From Centroscyllium fabricii (Eukaryota): a stretch of 64,000 nt of DNA. The translations under genes were made by a program, and so were the position numbers. The notes under the pieces were generated by a model. It was not told where the DNA came from, did no database searches, and worked only from the letters and a program-made list of their open reading frames with translations. The stretch spans positions 304,730,001-304,794,000 of the forward strand of contig JBNRSN020000005.1 of NCBI GenBank assembly GCA_051313645.2. The letters run 5' to 3'. Shown piece by piece: positions 24,770 through 36,693 of this stretch (the stretch's first letter is position 1; each line of letters starts with the position of its first letter).

Positions 24770-25323
24770 CCTCTCTCTCTCTCTCTCTTTAGCTCTCTCT
24801 GTGTTCCCTTTTAATTTATTTATGCAGACGTCATGTAAGTCCCTCCTCATTACCCGGCTACGTATTCCCCTCTTGTGCATCTCATTAGTGCGCGAGCGGG
24901 ACAGTCTGTGGAGCTTTTCCTGTCAATCAAAGTGTCAATCAAACAGCGGCGAGCCTTTGAAGTGGAGCAGCCGCCGCCGAGTCTCCAACAACTTCACTCC
25001 GAGCAGGAGAGCCCAGCTCCTCGGCGTGCTTTCACTAACAATTACCGCGCCTTGCAATTTATTTACTCACTCACTCACAAGATAGCGAGGGGGGCAAGAA
25101 GAAGAAGAAGAAGAAGAAGAAGAAGAAGAAGAAGAAGAAGAAGGAAAAGAGAAGAGAAGAAAAAAAAAACATACTTGCGACGGATTAACAACAACAACCC
25201 CCCCCACTCCCTTTCCCCCCCCCCTCTCTCTTCCTCCTCCTCCTGAACAAGTCGGATCACTTTTATTAAAAAAAAAGGGGGCAAAGAGAGAGAGAAAGAG
25301 AGAAAAACATTTTTTTTTTAACG
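24770..25323 (+). promoter_or_regulatory. TCF7L2: Putative TCF7L2 core promoter and 5' UTR
   Basis: CpG-richer, TE-free sequence directly upstream of the ATG, with TCF/LEF and Pbx-Meis motifs at 24920-24962. TSS cannot be determined from sequence. Confidence 0.6.
25096..25143 (+). repeat. (AAG)16 trinucleotide repeat
   Basis: Perfect run, counted by eye. Confidence 0.9.
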
Positions 25324-25512
25324 ATGCCGCAGCTAAACAGCGGTGGAGGCGACGATCTGGGGGCCAATGATGAGATGATCTCTTTTAAAGATGAAGGGGA
25401 GCAGGAAGAAAAGATCTCGGAAAACGCTTCTGCAGAAAGGGATTTAGCAGACGTCAAGTCTTCATTAGTAAACGAGTCAGAGACCAACCAAAACAGTTCC
25501 TCAGACTCCGAG
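25324..25512 (+). CDS. TCF7L2: Transcription factor 7-like 2, coding exon 1 (beta-catenin-binding domain)
   Basis: [63 protein letters not shown], 189 nt, donor GAG|GTAAGC. Confidence 0.97.
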
Positions 25513-25769
25513 GTAAGCAAAAAAAAAAAAAATCATCTTGTTTATTTTTTTTTGTGGGGGGGGGGGGGGAAAGATTGCAAAAAAAAAATTATTCCCCCCC
25601 CCTCCCCCCTCCCTCCCCTCAGAAAAAATAAATTCACCACCTCAAGATACTTTTAATCATAGTATGTTGCAACCTGATGATCGCTGCTAAATAATCCAAA
25701 CTCTTGTGTGACTTTTTTTTTTGTCTTTTTCTCTCTCTCCCACCCCACCCACCCCATGTTCCTCCTCAG

Positions 25770-25839
25770 GCGGAAAGGCGGCCGCCGCCTCGGCATTCAG
25801 AAACTTTTCGAGACAAATCCAGGGAGAGTTTAGAAGAAG
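25770..25839 (+). CDS. TCF7L2: TCF7L2 coding exon 2
   Basis: Acceptor CCTCAG|G; AERRPPPRHSETFRDKSRESLEE; donor AAG|GTGAGT; phase 0 to 1. Confidence 0.96.
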
Positions 25840-26103
25840 GTGAGTTGAGTTGGCCGGGGGAAAAAAAAAGCCAGAGAGGCGAGAGAGAGAGAGAGAGGAA
25901 AAAAAAAGTTGTTGTTTTTCTCTCTCTCTCTGTGTCTTTTCTCTCAAATGAATCGGGAACGGCTGTAAAAAGAAAAAAAGGGGGGGTGGTGGTGTTTTTT
26001 TTCCAGTTGCCATGAAACAAAAAAGTATGTTGAGAAAAGTTTGATCCCTAACTTTCTTTCTTTCTCTCTCTCTCTCATTCCCCCGCCATGTTTCTTAACC
26101 TAG

Positions 26104-26228
26104 CGGCGAAGAGGCAAGATGGAGGGTTGTTCAAGGGCCCACCATACCCCGGCTATCCATTTATTATGATTCCTGACCTGGCAAGTCCTTACCTTCCCAA
26201 TGGATCTTTATCTCCCAGTGCGAGGACG
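26104..26228 (+). CDS. TCF7L2: TCF7L2 coding exon 3
   Basis: Acceptor CCTAG|C; (A)[41 protein letters not shown]; 125 nt; donor ACG|GTAGGT. Sequence fits TCF7L2 rather than TCF7L1. Confidence 0.96.
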
Positions 26229-26693
26229 GTAGGTTTTTTTTTTGCATTTTTAAAAATCTTAAAAAAAATATATATATATATGTTTAAAAAAAAGTTTTCA
26301 GCGCATTTATATTGGAAAGGGGAATAAAAAAACAACACCCCAAAACTTTTCATTGCATGAGATGAGCACAGTGTTGATATTGTCTCTCCTCCCACCCTCT
26401 CGCCACGTTTCTCTTCGAAAAGGCAGCTCATTTATTTTTTAAAGAGAATAAAAAGATTGACATCTTTCTCCTGAACTTTCTGCCCAGTGCCAAGGTGTGT
26501 GTGTTGGCAGAGTTTGTTGGGATTAAATGCACTGCAGAAACTTTTACTAATTTGGGGGTGTATTTTTTTTAAAAAAAGCCTTAGTTCAACAAGTGGACAT
26601 CACTCGACTTTCTATTGTGAGGGGGCTGTTTGTTTCAAGTTCTCTTATTTTGTTTCAGTAGCCGTGCGAAGTCTTAGATTATTTATTTTGCTG

Positions 26694-26731
<38 letters not shown>

Positions 26732-29700
26732 TGCACATCTCCCCCGGCAGAACAATCCCTGCCTGTGTGTAGTTTTTGTTTTGCAAGCCGATTGAGTAAG
26801 AAAAAAGAGGCGTGCTTTCAAAAAAAGGGGGCTGCTTTTATTGACAAACTTTACAGTAACTTGTGGAAGGCGACTTCATTGAAATCTGGATGTGTTTTTT
26901 ATATCCGATTCGGTCCAGTTTTGCTCTCTTGTTTTCATGGCATTCCGATTACGGCAGGCAGACCTTTTTTTTTGTTTAAAAACTGCGTTGGAAATTTTAG
27001 AAATTTACAGGTCATCATGCAGTACAATGGGGGTCTCAGCGGGACATCACTATTGCGATTGGGGCTAATTTGCTAGACTCGATAGGCTTTATGTTGCTTC
27101 CCAGTTTACCTCCACGATTTCTCGAACTGTCAGCTGCCGTCAGTCTTGAAATAGCACCAGAGTCACGTGAAATAAACTAGGCAAAACTTCTGCTACTTTT
27201 TTGACAAGAACCACAAGCACTGAAACTGTCCTACACCAGGATTGAAAATCCTCATTACGTCGGTTTCAATGCATTATTATTAAAATGTTGGTCCCTTTTC
27301 TCTCGCCTCTACCCCCCCCCCCCCCCCCCCCAAATCTGTTGTTTTAAATTGAATCCACGTGCTGGATTCATGAAAGGGGAAGAAATGTTGATACTGAAGT
27401 GTCACTCTGTCAATGACCGGTTATATTGGTTGCAGTGGCAAAATCCGTAGTCATTCTGCTTACTCACATTATATAGACCGAAGTGGAAGCTTTCAAAATG
27501 ATTTGAGTTTCCGTCTCATATGACATGAGTTGAACCACCCTGTTAATAAAATCTTTGGATTTTGTGTAAAATTTGTCGGATTTACTGCAGCGAAAGAGCA
27601 ATTGATTTTTTTTCTGTGTAATTTTGTACGGCTAAATAGTAATTTAAGAGACATTAGATTAGATTTCTTCTACAACTAGATGGATAGATTTTTGAAGATG
27701 TCAACATAACTTAATAGTGGTGGTGGTGGTGATGGTCATTCTAGTTCATTTAAAACATGTAGGATAGATTTAAAAAAAATTGTGATTCATTTGATTTATT
27801 TCAGCCTTGATTTAACATCCAGTTCTTCAAGTTCAGCTCTCTTTTCAGTTGAAAAGATGTTTAAAATTTAAAGGAATTACAGCATACTCAGCAGTACAGA
27901 AAATCCTGGAAATATTCAAATAAACAATTGCGTGGTGTTTGGTCTGTTTTAGAAAGGGTTTAGTGTTCACAGTTTTGTTGAAAATATATTTATTTAGAAA
28001 TGTATACATTTAGGTGCACAAATAATTCATAGTCAGCTGGTTCAGTATTGTACATTGTAGGTTAATGCATTAGCCCACATGCTGAACCACATCGAGACTT
28101 TTAAAATCGGAAGGTAGACTTGATGCCATTTGTTAGACTGACATGTTATAGCGCATTAGGTACACAAAACCTTTTGTCTAAAATTTCCACATGTACTTAA
28201 ATTGCAGGCCTTTATGTACGCTGTATCTTTTGAATAATGTATTAGATTGTACTGTTTTACAGCCCAGCAAATAGTAACATAATTAAATGTCTAGTTTTGG
28301 TACTGTTAGTCCATTATGTTGGGGATCTAGATGAGAGATTTATGATTGTTAATTACTACAGTAATTTTGGTGTCGTCGTAACATTTTAATGCTAGTTTTC
28401 AGATGAGATTACGTATATTGCCAGCATGGGGCAGTGGCCCAAAAGCAAATCGAACCTGAGTGAAACTATGCAGGCTCCTCTATAGAGGGAGAGATGATAT
28501 CCATTCCTCAAAATTGTATGGCAGTGCTTCCATGTGGTACATATCTTTTGCTTCGTACAATGCAAAAGTATTTATCATTACGCAGTTCATTATGTTTTAA
28601 ATAGGAGCATAAAATGCATATCACGTTGAACGGAGCAGGTGTTCGTGGCCTTTTGTGTTCGGAGATTTGTGCATCATGTACAAAATATTTATGACTAGCA
28701 GTTAAAGTCCAGTTCAAGTAATCTTAACTCTCCGTTTACAGGAGTCCCAGTCAGTAACTCCTCCTGAGACCTTTTCATTACTAAAATATTTGATTTATCC
28801 CTTCAGTCAAACACCTGTATATCAATTACAGCTATTCCTGTGACACATTTGTTGGTGACCTTTTTTTAAATACATTTGCCATAATGAGATCCCTGACTTT
28901 GTAGATGACTAATGGCTATTTAATTTTTATTTAACTTTTTAAATTTTCTTCTGAAGGATTGTTTAAAGTACTTTTTTTTCCATTTTCATTATGATAACAT
29001 GTTTAAGGATATTTCGGTATAAGCTTTTTATTATGGTAATTGGAAACAATTGTTGTGAGTATGTTCTGTACCTTTGGAACTACACCATTGAACTGCAAAT
29101 GAAACAATATTGGTCAAATGCAGAATTTTTTTCTTCCTGTGCTTTTGAAATTGAATTCTGCAAGTCACAAGCTTCTATTTTTTTTAAATTGAGAAACTGC
29201 ACCTTGACAGAAAAGCACAGTTTAAGCATTTTGTCTTTGCCAGTCCTGATTTCAAGAGTCAAGTAATTCTGTACTTTTACTGCTTTCGCAATAGAACCTA
29301 TAATTCTTCACTTTTTTTTTAATGTTATGGGTAATTCCTGTCAACCAGTTTGTATGTGCAGTATTCTTTGAGCATTATGATGCAAGGCATCGTACTCTTC
29401 AATTTCCTAGCCCCGTGTTTCACTATTATAAGTGCATATATCTAGGTTTAGTTTATGGAAATCAAAAGAAAAGGGTTGATGTGGTTTTAAAAAGAAATGA
29501 ATTGAAACGCTACAAAACTGGCTGAGAAATCATGTTTAGAACGATGTGTTTTCGGAGTGACAGCTGCAGAGATTAGTGAGAACATAAGTATCTGTACCTT
29601 GACTAAAGTTGGAGGAGATTTTCCAGCTGTTCTGTAAACATTTTCTGCAGTGGCTAGTTCAGTTTTTGCGACCTACATTTAACTCTCCTATACAGTGATT

Positions 29701-31499
29701 GTATGGCATGGCAGTGGTGCTTCGAGTCCTTGAGATTGCAGGAAAAATGCTGTTTATTTTTTTGCTTAAACCCGAACTAGTGTGCGAGAACTATATCCTC
29801 TGCCTGATTCCACAACTACTGGGCAGCCAAATTTACACCTTGACAAACCATCAGAAAGAAATATGCCCGCGGCTAGCAACAGAGCCGTAAATCTGCAGCG
29901 ATTATTTACGGCTTGCGTCATTTATTAATGTCGAAATACTTGACGCCGCACTGGCCTTGGACCCCGTGATCCAACGAGATGTTGGGAGTGGGGTTTGGTG
30001 CTGAAGAAAACTGGGGGAATTAGAAATGTGTTTGAGACCAGCCAGGTTTCATTATTTGCAGTGGTTATTTGTAGTTGGCTGTTTTCAATGTGCAGGGTTA
30101 ACCCTCTGAACACGTCAAGAATTGTATAATCTGGATTAAATTTGTTTACATAGGGTTTTAATTGTATGCGGCAAAGAGTTGGTTAATTCCTTGCTCCCAG
30201 GTGTGTGTGAGATTTTGTAAATGTCTTCTATCTAGTACTGTGGCTGCACTTGTTAATTGTCCCTAATTGCCATCTCCAGGGGGTTTATGGTGCTGAATGG
30301 GCTCTTTAACACCACATCAGACCCATTCTATATGTCTGATGTGTCAGTATATGAGCAGTTTTCGCGAATGCCTTGGTATTTTGCTTTTGGATTGTGAAGG
30401 CATTAGCAGGGCAGGGTACGTTTACAAAGTCTAATTAGTCTGTACTGATTGTTCATGGCCTGCCGGACCAGAAGGAGTAATTTGCACAAAAAAGTGGAGT
30501 CCAACTAAACCAGCGCGATTAAAAAAAAAACCAAAAAAAACCCCCCCCAATAAATCACTTGCATATTTGTGCAGTGATTCAAATGGAATTGGGACCGCTC
30601 CCATCTCAACATGTGGTAAATTTAAGTCAATGAAACGCAGATGTAGATTATGGTGAGGTTTCTCAGCAGTGATCAACAAATGGAAAACTATTCATGCTGT
30701 AAATATTTACAAACTAAACTTGAGCACCAGGAGTTTTTGCTGCGCCTAATGATTAAGTGCAAATGGTGATGGGAGGGAGGAGGTCTGTGCTGTTTGTCAC
30801 TTTTTTTAAAGGAGGAACAATGTAATTAAAAAAAAGTCCCTTTTTGTCAAGTGTTCAATTGCTGACACCATTATCCTTTACTCAGTGTTTCTATCCACAA
30901 GACTGGCTTCAACATCAAACTTAAAAAAAACTTTCAGGATGTGAGGGGCAAAGTCAAAACCAAAATCATACTGGTTCTGCCAAGTAGAAATGGTTAGAAT
31001 GCTATTTAAATTTGATATATTTCCCCCTTGTCATTAGTTCTCTGCTAATCATTTATTATAGCCGAATGCTCCATTTTGGGAGGGAGAGGTCATTGGGATT
31101 TAGCTTCTCTTGTCTTTTTTTTCTTCCCCCCCCCATGATATTTAACTGATTTGGCAGAACTGGTGGTGGTGGAGATGCCACTCTTCAAATCAGTCTGACT
31201 GGAAGTGGCAGTGTGATGGTGGGTGGTTCCAATGTTTGTGGTTTTTTTTTGGGTGGGGAGTGGGTTGGAAGGAAACGTTCACATTTTATATGGGGAAAAA
31301 GTTAATTCCTTTTGACTGTCGAGTCTTGAACTTGGACCGAGGGACTGAGTCCTGTGTAGAAGTAATGTGCACGCAGATGACTTGGTGAACCTAAATGCTG
31401 CAGTTTGGTACATGAGCTTTTGAATTCTGGTGGGTAACGGGAGCTACAGAGCAAAGAGTGTCCTCTGCTCCGTCCCTCCCAACAGGACAGCAGGAACGG

Positions 31500-32125
31500 A
31501 GTGGTATTTGACTTTATTATATTGCCATATGTAACTGGTACAATGGAATGCTTACTCCCCACTCACTCCCACATATAAGTATAAATATAAAAAAGCAGAA
31601 GTAAAAATAAGTATAGATGTAGACATAATCAAATAAACAAACAAATAAGCGAACAAGTGCGATTAGCAGTTCAGCAGGCGCACTGCCTGTGGGTAGAAAC
31701 TGTTCTTGAACCTGCTGGTTCTGGTTCGGATGCTGCAGTACTGACAGCCGGACCGCAGGAGGGAGAACAGATCGTGCCCAGGGTGATTGGGGTCCTGGAT
31801 AATGGAGCGGGCCTTGTTCCGACACCTGGCCTGGAAGATCTCCTCAATAGACGGAAGTGCATACCCGATGATCATTTCAGACGTCCTCATGACCCTCTGG
31901 ATGGCTTTCCTGTCCTGAGCAGTGGTGTTGCCATACCACACAGTGACACCACCCGTCAGGACGCTCTCTATGGTGGCGCGGTAAAAGTTAACAAGCCACT
32001 GTGTGCTTATGCCGCATTTCCTCAGGCACCGTACAGGGTAGAGGCGCTGGTGTGCCTTCTTCAGAATTGCCTCAGTGTTGTAGTTCCAGGTCAGGTCATC
32101 GGAGATCTGCAGACCCAGGAATTGC
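31500..32125 (-). mobile_element. Rex1/Babar-type LINE 3' fragment
   Basis: FLGLQISDDLTW...KKAHQRLY...FYRATIESVLT...WYGN...RFKNSFYPQAVRLLN. Confidence 0.85.
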
Positions 32126-32861
32126 GCCAAAACTTGGTTATTTACAGAGAGTGGAATAAGCATACATCTGGGAATAAGTGGAGTGATGTAGAGAAAAAAA
32201 CCACAAATAACTTTTCTAAAAGCTGCAACTGTGCTACATTGAGTAAAAGTTGTGAGTTGATGTCAATTTCTGCTTAACTTATTCAAATTGGACATGTATT
32301 ATATAATCTTATATATTACCGGATACTTGAGCACTACAAAAGCTGTAGTGATGCGGTACTATAGGGTGATCTCTTTCCCCTGCCCTAATGTGTGCAGGTC
32401 CCTACATGGCTTAGAGTGCCCAGACATCTATCTGTGTGGGCAACATAGGTGCGTGCCATGGAGCCCTCTTTAAATTTATGATCCCAAGTGTGCCGATACT
32501 TGCAGATTTCGTTCTGATTTATGATTTGTCCACTATTGAGACAACAGCACTAAATACAGGCCTTTCCAAGCCCACAACATTCAAACAGGACAGTCTTGAC
32601 AGATTAGAAATCTAAGCACAAATATGACCGAGTTGCCTGGGCTTCGAGGGTTTGGATTAGGATGGCTTGGGAAGGGTTCATGTGGCTCGAGATTAGACAC
32701 CACTGCCATATGGAATGTAACCTTTCTGGAACAGTAAATGGGAAAAGTGCTAACCTGTCTAGTTCTGGCATTGCTGTACTTTTCCTGCAGTTGTCCTGCT
32801 CGTGATTGCCTCCAATTTTCCCCCTTCTGCCCTCCTCAAGGCAAAAATCTCTTCATTGGGG

Positions 32862-33080
32862 TAAACACAGAAGATAGGAGCAGGAGTAGGCCATTCGGCC
32901 CTTCGAGCCTGCTCCGCCATTTTGATGAGATCATGGCTGATCATCCAAACCCAGCACCCCCCTCCTACCCTCTCCCCATATCCCCGACACCCCCAACTCT
33001 AAGAACTATATCTCACACATATACTCATGGGGAATTGTTTTAGTATCTCCAATTCACCAAACTGCATGTCTTTGGGTAAG
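32862..33080 (-). mobile_element. HE1-related SINE 3' fragment
   Basis: AGATAGGAGCAGGAGTAGGCCATTCGGCCC tail. Confidence 0.75.
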
Positions 33081-34894
33081 ATCCTGCTTGGGTGCCATCC
33101 TGTCTATTACTCTCTCTCTGGTGGTTATACATGAATCTTGAGGGTGAATATGAGTGAGCTATTCAACTATTAGAGGAAATCACAGATGCTGTCCTCACCT
33201 GGAGACCTTGCTTACTTCTCGTCGGTGTGGGCATCCTGGCCAGTATTTCCTTTCCCTAAACCATAGGCTCTGCAGCTAATTATAGTGCCCGATTGGTCCC
33301 TTGGCTGAGATCAACTAAATCCGCATAGAACATGGATCAAAACTAGGACCTTTTTATGGCTCATCAGCTGATTTGTTTTTAAGGTTCATTAGGGTGCCAT
33401 TTTTGTGTCTTAATGCATTTTTACAGTTATTAACTTAAACCTACACTGACCTGTACTCCTAATATTGAAAAAAGTAAGGAATCCCGAATGAAAGCAATTT
33501 TATTCTGAGGTACCCTCTGCAAGTATGCAGAATTTAACTTTTGATTTAGGTGCGTGACTCCGTTACTATTGTCCACATTTTTACATATACCTTACATATC
33601 GCATTCCTGTGGCATTTCACCGGGTAAGTCGGAGAGAATGGCCACTCTCTTACCTGTCTGTCCTTGATGATGCCTTTGTGTTGTTAATTCTCTCTGTCTC
33701 TCCTGATCTAATTCTGTCTCTCCGCTTTCTATTTGCTGCTTCTTTCGCTTGGTGGAGATAATCACTTGGCTTCATAGTTCTAATGTTCTATTCCATAAAA
33801 TTAAAAGTGTACATTCTCGTCCTCCCTCTCTTTCCCTCCGCTTAATATACTTTATAAAGTTTATAGAGCTCAAACCAAAAGCTGTATCTGGTGTGTAATC
33901 AATTTTTTCTCTTTTTCACGCACCGCCTCTTTAAAAAAACAAAAAAAAACAAAACTGTTACGTAAAGCTTTTGAACTTTGATCTCTTGCTTTTCAAAATT
34001 ATGTGAGGAAAAGCTACTGTGTGCTCGGGAGTAAAGAAAAACATCCTTTCATAAAAACCGACTGCACAGTGCTGTTGCATCCTGGGAAATTATGTACACT
34101 GAACGTGCTTCGAATACACAATCCAAACTCAGTTCAGTTACAGCTCTGGGCAAAAATAGCAAGTTCAAACCCAGGCTTTTGGGAGAGACTCAGATATCCA
34201 AGTAAAAACTGTAGTGAAGGCATTAAGAGACAATTCATCGGATAGATTTGATCAAGTGAATTTGAATTTTAAAAAAATTCTATATTTTTGGTTAAATCCT
34301 ATTTCGGACGCTTCTGTTACTGAGGAAAGAAAACGGCAGCGAAAATTTTTCAAAGTGTTTGGAGTGATTTGAGGGACGCTGGTGTGCAAAAATTGGCAAG
34401 TATTGTGGCATACTGTTACCATGGAAAGAACATACCTGCAGGTGCTCGTCATGAGTTTTCAGTGACGCACGTACGTGCCCCATGTACCAAATGTAATTTT
34501 TAACAATTTTTTTCTTGAGGTGCTGCCTTTGGAACTGTGGTCCAGTTCTAGATGCTGGCAGTCTTCTTGTTCTTCACCCAAATAGCTGTATAAGCTATCA
34601 TAATGTGTTCGGAAGGTATCTTTCTATGTAGGGCATCCTGTCCATACATGACATGCATACTTTCTCTGGGATAGTAATTTGAAACAAGGAAACCTGTCTT
34701 GATTTTGCTTCTTTTCCGAACTCCGTGGCATTGAGATTGCTGCATCCCAACTGTTGCTCAATTTGAGATTAACAAATTCAGCACAGGGTACTAGCTGGGA
34801 ATCCAATCCTGGGCTCTTCTGGTGTGTATATTTTACTCCACAAGGCCGTGGGTCCCACAATTCATTTTCTGATACATTTCTGATCATCAACGAC

Positions 34895-35260
34895 CCCTCA
34901 AAATCAAGAGGGGTCTGGACCGAGTAGATAGAGAGAAATTGTTCCCGTTGGCAGAATTGTCGAGAACCAGAGGACACAGATTTAAGGTGATTGGCAAAAG
35001 AACCAAAGGCGACATGAGGGGGAAAAAAACTTTTTTTACTCAGCGAGTGGTTAGGATCTGGAGTGCACTGCCAGAAAGGAGGCAGACTCAATCACTGCTT
35101 TCAAAAGGGAGTTGGGGAAGTACCTGAAAGAAAACATTTGCAGGGCTATGGAGAAAGCGTGGGGGTGTGGGGCTGGCTGAGGTGTTCTTGCAGAGAGCCG
35201 GCACAGGCTTGATGGGCCGAATGGCCGCCTTCCATGCTGTAACCAATCTATGATTCTAGT
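34895..35260 (+). mobile_element. CR1 3' fragment
   Basis: SRTRGHRFKVIG...FFTQRVVRIWSALP plus tail. Confidence 0.82.
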
Positions 35261-35832
35261 TCTGTACCACTCCTCAGATTGTTTTGTAGGGCAGAGGAAA
35301 GAGTAGACAATGGGCAGGAAGGAAGAAAGTAGAAACATAAAGTTGTGAGGTGAAAACATGGTCAGAGAGAAGGGATTATTAAATGGCTTTTGAAAGCGGA
35401 GAGGGACATGGTAGAGTAAGGGATTTATGGAGAGAGTTTCAGAGGGATGGGGAAGAATGGCTGGAAGAGTGAGAGGTACAGGGAATGTGGAGTAAAATGG
35501 CACCACAGTAGTGGAGGATCCCTACGGGGCCATGCAGCAGACAGAGATTGCTGAGGTAAGAAGGGGCAAGACCACGAAGGATCTTAAAGTCAGTGGTCGT
35601 TTAAAGACATTGACTTGGATGCGCAAAGACCGCTAGTTCAGATTTGGGGCCATTGAAAAGAGTCACAAATTTTAACAAAACTCAAAATGAAATTGGCTTG
35701 AATTCTGGCAATTAATGTTTTGGATAAATTTGACTGTGACCTGGGCTTATTGCAACAGTGGCCTGCTGAGCTTAAAATGCCAGAAAGCAGCAATAAAATA
35801 ACTACAGAAAAACAAACACTGTAAAAATACAA

Positions 35833-36693
35833 GGGACAGAAATTCGGGTTGGAGGCTTCCCGCGCGTGCAAGCCTCCAACCCACACTTAATGGAGCGCAC
35901 AGAAGTTTCTCCTCTTCTGGGATTTGAAATCCCAATTTCTGGCCGAGCTGCAAGCCCCACGCGCTGCGCTGAGGCAACTCAGCGGCGCAGATAGTGGGGG
36001 AGCTCCGCGCGGGACCACGTGGTCCACGGGGAGCCAATCGGAGCAAAGAATGCTCCATTCATAAGTCTGTCAAACTTATGAAAAACAAGAGCCCCAAAAA
36101 CACACTAAACAATAAAATAAATGGAAAAAAAATCATATTTTAAAAAATTACTATAACTAACAAATTAGCTATTTTAAACAAAAAATAAAAATGTTGAAAA
36201 AATGTTTTGACGGGCCTAAAAAACTACTTACCTGTCTTTAAAATAAAAAAAAATGAAAAACCTGTGGAAAAAAATAATTAAATTGAATAAAATAGAGACT
36301 TACATGAAGAAATCGGCTCCTTGCGCTTGTAAAAAGGAGCCGTAAATGCTTCAGTACTTACATGGAAAACAATCTTTGAATAAAAATTGGAATTGCACTG
36401 CGCACCTCTTGGTGCGCAGGCCAACGTGTTGAGGCTGGTGATCCCCCCCCCCCTCCCCGGCCTTCGTCGCAATGGCAGTTATCGCACGCATGCGCGGGAA
36501 ATGGTGTCCACCAGCACTTCGGAGGGCTGCACGCGTGAGTACCCGCTCCGCAGGGACGGGGTGCTGGGTTTGGATGATCAGCCATGATCTCATTGAATGG
36601 CGGAGCAGGCTTGAAGGGCCGAATGGCCTACTCCTGCTCCTATCTTCTATGTTTCTATATGTACTCACGCGCTGCGGCCCTAATTTCTGGGCC
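35833..36693. mobile_element. Harbinger-like MITE related to 14054-14801, containing a short HE1/CR1 tail (~36550-36660)
   Basis: TIRs GGGACAGAAATTCGGG / CCCTAATTTCTGGGCC; internal similarity to the 14054 copy. Confidence 0.72.

Noticed and set aside
24875-25246. Poly-Arg ORF (and the antisense poly-Leu ORF)
   Set aside because: Artefact of the (AAG)16 repeat; no ATG start.
25513-25656. ORF continuation of TCF7L2 exon 1
   Set aside because: Read-through into intron 1 past a canonical donor; low-complexity sequence.
33100-33370. Old SINE-like sequence (similar pieces near 34740-34850 and 45370-45460)
   Set aside because: Looks repetitive, but family and boundaries could not be assigned with confidence.
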